From NCBI GenBank assembly GCA_964648855.1, contig CAZYLT010000010.1, positions 30,001-62,000 on the forward strand: a stretch of 32,000 nt of DNA. The letters are read 5' to 3'. Shown here in pieces: positions 25,539-32,000 of the stretch. The DNA comes from an uncultured archaeon (lineage in GTDB: Archaea; Asgardarchaeota; Thorarchaeia; Thorarchaeales; Thorarchaeaceae). Made by a program: the position numbers and the translations under genes. The notes beneath the pieces are model-generated. The model had not been told where the DNA came from and did not search any database. It was given only the letters and a program-made list of their open reading frames with translations. Positions within the stretch are counted from its first letter, which is position 1. Every line of letters begins with the position of its first letter.

Positions 25539-27473
25539 ATGCAGTATATGATTGAACGCGGACATGATGGGCCTGCCAGAGTAGGTAATCTTAGTATTGG
25601 AGCAACCAAGTTAGAGCTACCCGCACTTATGGGTACCACAATGATTCCTGATGCTGACTGTGAATATTATGTTCCTAATCGAGATTCACCATCCAGCAAT
25701 AGACTCAGTATCATGGCTCCAACGTTTGTTTCACTCTCAGACATCAGTGATTTTGACTTGCCAAGCACAACCGAACCGATTTTATCCCCTGTTTCTCCTG
25801 CGATACCTAATTTGGGCAAGGAAGCGAGCAGGATTGTTCTAGATGAGCAAATTAACAGAATCAGGGATTTGAAAGATGAAGCGACTTCAAGTAACTGGAT
25901 TCTTCGAATACCAAGTTCTCTGCATCCTCATGAGCTAAAGGAAGGGACATTCAAGTTCCAAAGGTTGGGCATTAGGACTGTTTCCTTCTTGTTCGATGGA
26001 AATCTTGGACCCACCTCTCTCGACAATCTACGACTTAGAAGTCTGATTCCAAGAAATTGGGCTGTTGTTGCACTTGGGTGCGTCAAACCCGACATGATTC
26101 CTATTTTGTACTATTTCGGATTCGATATCTTTGACATTGGCTATGCGGAGCATGCCGCATCCCGAAATATCCGGCTTTGGTCAAACCATGAAGAAGACCT
26201 GTCCAAAGATGGTCATCCCATTGACTGCAGATGTCAATATTGTACAGATGCGAATCTCATGAGCGGGGAGCTTCCTAGCATGGCAGCACTTCTTAACCAC
26301 AATGTGAGCACATACATAACCCGTTTATCGGAGGCGGTTCATTTTCATTCAATGGGACAGTTGCGATGGCTTGTTGAGAGCAATACACATAGTCGTCCTG
26401 CATTAGCAGCTCTTCTGCGACGAGCTGATAATCAAACCTACGACTTCATCGAGGAGTTCACACCAACCATTGGGGATGAACCCCAACCTCTTATTGGACC
26501 CGAATCCTACAATGCTCCTGCAATAAGACGCTACAGAGAACGGCTTTCGGAGCGATACACCCCTCCTGAGGACCGGGAAGTCGTACTTCTCCTTCCTTGC
26601 TCGGCCAGAAAGCCATATTCCGATTCTCGGTCCCACCGTCGATTTGGCAGGTCGGTTGAACGTGCCCTAGGCTCAAAGCGAAGGAACGTGGCTGAAGTTA
26701 TTGTATCTTCACCAATTGGCATTGTCCCACGGGCATTGGAGAGAATGTACCCCGTGAAGAACTACGACATACCTGTTACTGGTAGCTGGGATGCTGAAGA
26801 GATTGAGATTGCAGCCTCTGCACTGACGACACATTTGGCGAAGTTTCCTAAATCTGCCACGGTTGTCGCTCATGTTTCTGGGGGCTACCAAGAGGTTGTG
26901 CAAGCTGCAGAGGGTGACATCAGTCAGAGCCTTATCTACACAATCGAGGATGGTTCTGCAACAAAGAAATCTTCTTTGGAGTCACTTGAAGAGGCTCTCC
27001 TCGACCTCTCTGATATTCATGAACTTAGCGGTGGCGTTCCTACGCTGCTTGAAGATACCGTGTATGCCACACTTGACTTCCAATTTGGGGCAGGAGCAGG
27101 CAAACTAGTAACGGCTGGAAATGCAAGTTACCGTGGGAAAGTATACGGAAATATCGTTTGTGAGGTTGATGATGTTCAGATGTGTACTTTCGTAAGCGAA
27201 ATTGGAACTGCATCCTTGACCCTTGAGGGTGGAGAGCGCCTCCTACCGCTGGAGAGATATCAGGTTCATTTTGATGGCGAGAAATTGAGAGGTGGCTCAT
27301 TATTTGCCGTGGGCATCACTGAGGCTGATTCGATTATTCGTCCAGGGGATGAGGTTCTCATCATTGGGCGTGACGGAGATTTGATTGCAGTTGGAAAAAG
27401 TGAGATGTCAGGAACCGAGATGCGTGACTTTGACAATGGAATGGCTGTCAATATCAGACATAGCAGGAGCTGA
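25539..27473 (+). CDS. arcS: archaeosine synthase alpha subunit (TGT paralog with PUA domain)
   Basis: HDGPARVG, C.C.YC..HN Zn site, LLPCSARKPYSDSRSH signature, YDIPVTGSWD, C-terminal PUA domain (FAVGI..AD..IRPGDEV). Confidence 0.93.
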   Translation: MQYMIERGHDGPARVGNLSIGATKLELPALMGTTMIPDADCEYYVPNRDSPSSNRLSIMAPTFVSLSDISDFDLPSTTEPILSPVSPAIPNLGKEASRIVLDEQINRIRDLKDEATSSNWILRIPSSLHPHELKEGTFKFQRLGIRTVSFLFDGNLGPTSLDNLRLRSLIPRNWAVVALGCVKPDMIPILYYFGFDIFDIGYAEHAASRNIRLWSNHEEDLSKDGHPIDCRCQYCTDANLMSGELPSMAALLNHNVSTYITRLSEAVHFHSMGQLRWLVESNTHSRPALAALLRRADNQTYDFIEEFTPTIGDEPQPLIGPESYNAPAIRRYRERLSERYTPPEDREVVLLLPCSARKPYSDSRSHRRFGRSVERALGSKRRNVAEVIVSSPIGIVPRALERMYPVKNYDIPVTGSWDAEEIEIAASALTTHLAKFPKSATVVAHVSGGYQEVVQAAEGDISQSLIYTIEDGSATKKSSLESLEEALLDLSDIHELSGGVPTLLEDTVYATLDFQFGAGAGKLVTAGNASYRGKVYGNIVCEVDDVQMCTFVSEIGTASLTLEGGERLLPLERYQVHFDGEKLRGGSLFAVGITEADSIIRPGDEVLIIGRDGDLIAVGKSEMSGTEMRDFDNGMAVNIRHSRS

Positions 27474-27478
27474 CAATC

Positions 27479-28564
27479 ATGAATGAGCAATTACTGAGGA
27501 TAGTTCAGGACGAAATTATGAAATCACGCGGGTCTTCAATCCGACGGAGAAGAAGCGGTGATCTCAGTGCGGCGTCGTCAGCTTGGGTTACGACAGCTAA
27601 TCTCAAAGACGAATTAGGAAAGGCAATATCTGTTGTTCTGAATACTATAGGATGCTCGCATGCCCGTGGAGATGCGGGTGGCTGCACTATGTGTAGCTAC
27701 TTGCTTGATGGTACCGCCAGAAATCCAACTCCTGAGCAACTCATCTCCCAGTTTGAGGGTGCAGTATCCAAGCTCGATGGCGAATCTGCACCGTTGTCAG
27801 TGAAGATATACACAAGTGGAAGCTTCCTCGACCCAGAAGAAATCCCTTCAAATGCGCGAAAGCATATTCTCGACAAGATTGCATTAGATGATAGAATTGT
27901 ACAAGTTGTCCTTGAATCGCGCCCTGAATATGTCTTAGATGACACGATGTCACAAATCAGGAGTATTCTTGGAGAGCGCGACATAGAGATTGGGATCGGT
28001 CTGGAAAGCAGCAGCGATGCCATTCGCAATCTGTGTATCAATAAGGGCTTCTCATTGAGGGATTTTCAGAGAGCAAAAGCCATCGCTAATGAACACGAAA
28101 TAGGGGTTCGGTCCTATGTCTTGGTCAAGCCCCCCTTTCTGACAGAACGCGACAGCATAATTGATGCTGTCAAGACCATCACCGATGTGATTGAGATGGG
28201 AGTTACCACAGTGTCTGTGAATCCTGTCAACGTGCAGAAGTATACTCTTGTTGAGTATCTGTGGCGAAATCGAGAGTATAGGCCTCCCTGGTTATGGAGT
28301 GTTGTTGAGATACTAAAGAGGGCTTACGACGAATCAGAAGGTGCGGTTCCAATCATTTGTGACCCCGTTGCCAATGGAAAAGAACGCGGAACACATAACT
28401 GCGGAAAATGTGATGCAGAATTTACCCGAGCTATCAGGGATTTCTCATTACATCAGAATACTGACGTATTTACGCAACTAGACTGCGATTGCAAAGAGAA
28501 CTGGGAGCACATCCTAAGACATGAAGACGCATCCAATCTAGTCCACGCAACGCGAATGAAGTAG
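27479..28564 (+). CDS. archaeosine biosynthesis radical SAM enzyme RaSEA
   Basis: GCSHARGDAGGCTMCSY, KIYTSGSFLD, ESRPEYV, GLES, VKPPFLTE, YRPPWLWS, RG.HNCGKCD; adjacent to arcS. Confidence 0.93.
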   Translation: MNEQLLRIVQDEIMKSRGSSIRRRRSGDLSAASSAWVTTANLKDELGKAISVVLNTIGCSHARGDAGGCTMCSYLLDGTARNPTPEQLISQFEGAVSKLDGESAPLSVKIYTSGSFLDPEEIPSNARKHILDKIALDDRIVQVVLESRPEYVLDDTMSQIRSILGERDIEIGIGLESSSDAIRNLCINKGFSLRDFQRAKAIANEHEIGVRSYVLVKPPFLTERDSIIDAVKTITDVIEMGVTTVSVNPVNVQKYTLVEYLWRNREYRPPWLWSVVEILKRAYDESEGAVPIICDPVANGKERGTHNCGKCDAEFTRAIRDFSLHQNTDVFTQLDCDCKENWEHILRHEDASNLVHATRMK

Positions 28565-28633
28565 AAACCTGAAAAGGCTTATAGCATTTCAAATGGCGAA
28601 TATAGTATTCGAATAAGTTGAGGTCTGTTAAAA

Positions 28634-28987
28634 ATGTCGTACATTACACGAGTATCAGTTTGGTTCAGTAGTGAAGGCGCAAGTCCTTCGACAGTAATAA
28701 CGAAATTGCTGGATATGGGCTTCTCACCTATCCGTGGCGCCTATGACTTCGCATATGAGCATGAGTCGAATGGGGACATGTCGGAGTCGGAGATTACCAA
28801 TGCTATTCTTGAGATTGCCAATGCAATCCACGAAACATTGGCAGGCTTCAACGTCATGTATACTTTGGATACGCATTCCAAAGATGAAGCAGGAGATATC
28901 CTGCCGCTTGAAGACATCGACGCTGAACTCGAGCAGACACGAAAGGAGCTCGAGGAACTTGAGGCAGAAGAAATCGATTTGGATTAG
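28634..28987 (+). CDS. small archaeal hypothetical protein with acidic coiled-coil tail
   Basis: WFSSEGASPS.V..KL..MGF.PIRGAYDF pattern, recalled from small euryarchaeal hypothetical proteins; clean ORF with a downstream hairpin. Confidence 0.8.
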   Translation: MSYITRVSVWFSSEGASPSTVITKLLDMGFSPIRGAYDFAYEHESNGDMSESEITNAILEIANAIHETLAGFNVMYTLDTHSKDEAGDILPLEDIDAELEQTRKELEELEAEEIDLD

Positions 28988-28995
28988 TAGAAGGG

Positions 28996-29022
28996 CGAGG
29001 GGTGAGTAACACTCACTCCTTG
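28996..29022 (+). terminator. 12-bp hairpin followed by a pyrimidine tract
   Basis: CGAGGGGTGAGT-aac-ACTCACTCCTTG then TTTCTC, 8 nt after the stop codon. Confidence 0.6.
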
Positions 29023-29170
29023 TTTCTCATTCATTATCTGCATTTAGTCACCATTTTTCGCTGTCTAGTCGTCCCTCGTTGCTTCCGAGTGCTATCTTTT
29101 TATGACCTCCGCAGTACCAAGTATTAGAAGACTCAGCATACAGAAAGGGGTCTCCCGGAAGAGGGGCATC

Positions 29171-30448
29171 ATGCTAGACAAAATACTCACTGAAAACTTC
29201 AGAAGACTCGTTGAATATACTATAAAGGATATTCACAATGAGCAGGATCGAAGGGATGAGGAGGAATTTGCTAAGGATGAACTGAGAATAAAAGAGGATC
29301 TTTTGGACTCGGTTGAAACCTATCCCTCAGACATTGTATTAGATGATGACTTCATTGTGGCTGCAGTGGATGGGTCGGGATCGGATAACTTGGTCACTTT
29401 GGACGATATCCGTGTGCATATCATCAGCACCTCAACTAGTGTTCTCTATACAAATACGCAAAAAGGCAGTCCTTTCGATCCCATAGATAGCAAGCGTATT
29501 GAAAATCAACTTGGTGAGCAACCTAACCTTGATTTGCACTGGCACTCGGGAGTCAGAGGAGATGCCAAAAAAAAGCTGTCCGAGTCACTTGCTAACATCT
29601 ACCCACAAAAAGACATTCCTGAACTGATTCTTCCGTTCTTTATGGACTTTAAGCCAGATGAGATTGAATCACTACAGGATATTGGCAAATCATCGAGATA
29701 TTCTCCCTACGTTTCTGAACTGAAGGGCATGAGTTCCTTGATAACACGCGCACAGATACTCACCAATCCCATCGTACATGAGGAATTGCGAACTGTTTCT
29801 GAGTATGCTGCGGCACGTCGCGTGCTGAATAGTGAAATAGGTCCCAAGTATCTCTTACTCGATGGTGCCATGTCCGTCTTCATGCATTTCGTGCGTCAAT
29901 ACCCCTCTATGCCCAGTGGATTCATGCTGAGAGAGCTGTCTAAGCTGGCAAGAGAAAACGGAGTAGTCCTTTGTGCTGTTAGTAAGAACCATACCATCCC
30001 ATTTGCTCACAGAATAGCGGGGATGGCTAAGGAGAAATTTGGTGATACTGCAAAATGGTTTTGTCAACTACCTTGTAGCGAGGATCCTGGAGGTGGGTTG
30101 CATATCTACGAAGACCGAACATATATTCCACCCAAACTGGCTGTGCCATATCTCTACAGCTTCTCCGGTGATAATCGGCCTTCACGTATCGACTTTGACA
30201 GAATCTGGTGGCTGGAGAATATTTTTGTTGAAGGAAATCCCAAAGCCACTCGAGAGAATGAGAAGCTCATATTCCGTGACCTTGAATTTATGTCACGGGA
30301 TGCTCGATGGTACGGGTATCCGGTCCCCTTAGCACTTGCGCATCAATCATGCAAGCTTGGATACGAGGACCTTCGAATCGCACGCGAGATTACAGGTGAT
30401 ATTCTGAAGCAGACGACGGAGCCTCTGCGTACTGATTTCAACCTTTAG
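29171..30448 (+). CDS. nurA: NurA-family 5'-3' nuclease
   Basis: VAAVDGSG, YLLLDGAM, AVSK, GYPVPLALAH. Start reassigned to ATG 29171 after GAGGGG. Confidence 0.9.
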   Translation: MLDKILTENFRRLVEYTIKDIHNEQDRRDEEEFAKDELRIKEDLLDSVETYPSDIVLDDDFIVAAVDGSGSDNLVTLDDIRVHIISTSTSVLYTNTQKGSPFDPIDSKRIENQLGEQPNLDLHWHSGVRGDAKKKLSESLANIYPQKDIPELILPFFMDFKPDEIESLQDIGKSSRYSPYVSELKGMSSLITRAQILTNPIVHEELRTVSEYAAARRVLNSEIGPKYLLLDGAMSVFMHFVRQYPSMPSGFMLRELSKLARENGVVLCAVSKNHTIPFAHRIAGMAKEKFGDTAKWFCQLPCSEDPGGGLHIYEDRTYIPPKLAVPYLYSFSGDNRPSRIDFDRIWWLENIFVEGNPKATRENEKLIFRDLEFMSRDARWYGYPVPLALAHQSCKLGYEDLRIAREITGDILKQTTEPLRTDFNL

Positions 30449-30464
30449 GAGAGTATAGGGAAAA

Positions 30465-32000
30465 ATGACAATACAAAAAGACAATCTCGGAGAACACTAC
30501 GGGAAGCTAGGTATTGGTAACCAGACCAATCTTGGAATTATGGGCAAAAACCGTGATATTAGCGTGGGAGAGATATTTCTAGTCTATTCTACAAGAGATG
30601 ATCAGGAAAGAGTGTTCTTCTTTCGAGTTCTCGGGCTTGAGAATTACTTGAGACAGGTGGATGACTTAGCACGAGTTGCAGGCACACTCATGGTAGAAGG
30701 CGATTCGTATCTTTCAGGAATTGAGAGAAATATGCTTCTCTCTGTAGAGGGAAAGATGCTTGGGTATGCTGAAGAAACAAAAGATGGATGGAAATTCCGG
30801 GCGCCGCGAAGGTTGCCCGATCATCTGGCTGATGTTTACCGACCAGTCCCTGGTACATCTGACAAGGTGGTTAGAGAGATGCTTGAGAGCCAAACGGGCG
30901 GCCACATGTATGTTGGAAATCTCCAAGTGGGAGAAGAAACACTCGATGTTCCTGCAAAAATTCCATCAAAATTCCTTCCAATGCATTTGGGAATCTTTGG
31001 GTCTACAGGTGCCGGCAAGAGCAACTTGATGATGGTTCTAATCAAATCTATAATTGACAATAACCTTCAGGTGAAACGAACCGGACAGGGTCAGACAATA
31101 TCTGCATTCTGCATTGACCCGCATGATGAGTTTGCTCAAGGTGTTGACGATTATGGGATCCAGCATATTGTAGAAGAGATGAGCCCAAGTACTCGTTCAG
31201 AGGTATTGGGAGATTTCTATTACTTAACAACCCATGCAGGCGCCACAATGAGGGAGATTAAAAGATATGCCCGACAAATTCGTATCTTATGGAGTGAGAT
31301 TAAGCCGCGTGATTTGTATTCTATAATGGACTTCACATCCCAAATGTATTCTTTTATTGATGCTCAGTATGCTCAACACCGCGAGAATTGGATTAGTGAA
31401 ATCTTACAGATGGATGAAGATCCTCATGGCCATCCTAAAGGGACGCTTCGAGCTGTTCAGCGACGTCTGAGTTTTGTTCAGAGGTCACCGATATTTATCG
31501 AGTCAGGCCAATCAATTCTCGGTGAGATATTCAAAGCCATGGAAACTGGTCGCATTCTTGTTGTCAATACCAGCCTTATGAGTGACATGGAGCAATTCCT
31601 TCTCACGACAATAGTGACTCGTACATTATCTGATATGCGGCGTGCGTTGAAGAGCAGCGGTAATCTTGGTGACTTTGATACTCAAGGAAAAAGCAGACTA
31701 CCATATCCGTTCTTCAAAGGAATCAAATCTGCAGCGAGGTCTTTCTACGGGAAGGATGGCAGTTCTGACAAGTCAAGCGTACGCGACCCCCGAAAGCTTC
31801 CAGTTATTCTCGTGACTGTAGAAGAGGCCCCCTCTATCTTGAATCCCGAATTAATGCGAGGTCGTTCCGTATTCAAGGATATCTCAAGGCAGGGTAGAAA
31901 GTTCAACATCGGCCTACTTGTTGTGAGCCAACAGGTCAGTGTCTTAGATAATGTCATCCTCTCCCAAATGAATACTGAAATAAACCTCCGGCTTGGAAAC
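30465..32000 (+). CDS. herA: HerA/FtsK-family ATPase (HAS barrel + P-loop), 3' end runs off the window
   Basis: Not in the ORF track; manual translation MTIQKDNLGEHYGK... Walker A HLGIFGSTGAGKSN (GSTGAGKS at 30999-31022), IDPHDEF, Walker B LVTVEEAP, RQGRKFNIGLLVVSQ, all in frame. Confidence 0.93.
   Translation, partial: MTIQKDNLGEHYGKLGIGNQTNLGIMGKNRDISVGEIFLVYSTRDDQERVFFFRVLGLENYLRQVDDLARVAGTLMVEGDSYLSGIERNMLLSVEGKMLGYAEETKDGWKFRAPRRLPDHLADVYRPVPGTSDKVVREMLESQTGGHMYVGNLQVGEETLDVPAKIPSKFLPMHLGIFGSTGAGKSNLMMVLIKSIIDNNLQVKRTGQGQTISAFCIDPHDEFAQGVDDYGIQHIVEEMSPSTRSEVLGDFYYLTTHAGATMREIKRYARQIRILWSEIKPRDLYSIMDFTSQMYSFIDAQYAQHRENWISEILQMDEDPHGHPKGTLRAVQRRLSFVQRSPIFIESGQSILGEIFKAMETGRILVVNTSLMSDMEQFLLTTIVTRTLSDMRRALKSSGNLGDFDTQGKSRLPYPFFKGIKSAARSFYGKDGSSDKSSVRDPRKLPVILVTVEEAPSILNPELMRGRSVFKDISRQGRKFNIGLLVVSQQVSVLDNVILSQMNTEINLRLGN

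Noticed and set aside
30714-31957. Short ORFs listed in the track at the right end (and at 187-575 on the left)
   Set aside because: They lie within the edge-truncated herA and dehydrogenase genes that the track omitted.

Overview
Gene-dense archaeal chromosomal window. Archaeal origin is shown by ABCE1, archaeal-type TPI, FBP aldolase/phosphatase, ArcS-RaSEA archaeosine genes, NurA-HerA, BHB-type tRNA introns and TATA-like promoters. An Asgard (Thorarchaeia-like) source is my impression from gene content and is not proven. About 33 CDSs and two tRNA-Arg genes; no CRISPR array, IS element or provirus was seen. Main observations: (1) both tRNA-Arg genes carry bulge-helix-bulge introns in the D-loop (21/22 and 19/20) rather than at 37/38; (2) a photoglobin/photocobilin-like protein (phycobiliprotein-like globin fused to a CarH-type B12 domain with Wx9EH) lies directly upstream of an orphan histidine kinase and two thioredoxins; (3) an M24 pseudo-peptidase has active-site substitutions that parallel the eukaryotic Spt16/FACT N-terminal domain; (4) ABCE1 has a natural Cys-to-Ala loss of an Fe-S ligand; (5) a CdrS/aCcr1-like RHH regulator has an upstream AGTACCwAGTATTA motif that recurs in front of nurA-herA; (6) there are further degenerate enzymes (Nif3, gamma-CA) and several small orphan proteins. 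All family calls come from motif recognition by eye; no database search was run.
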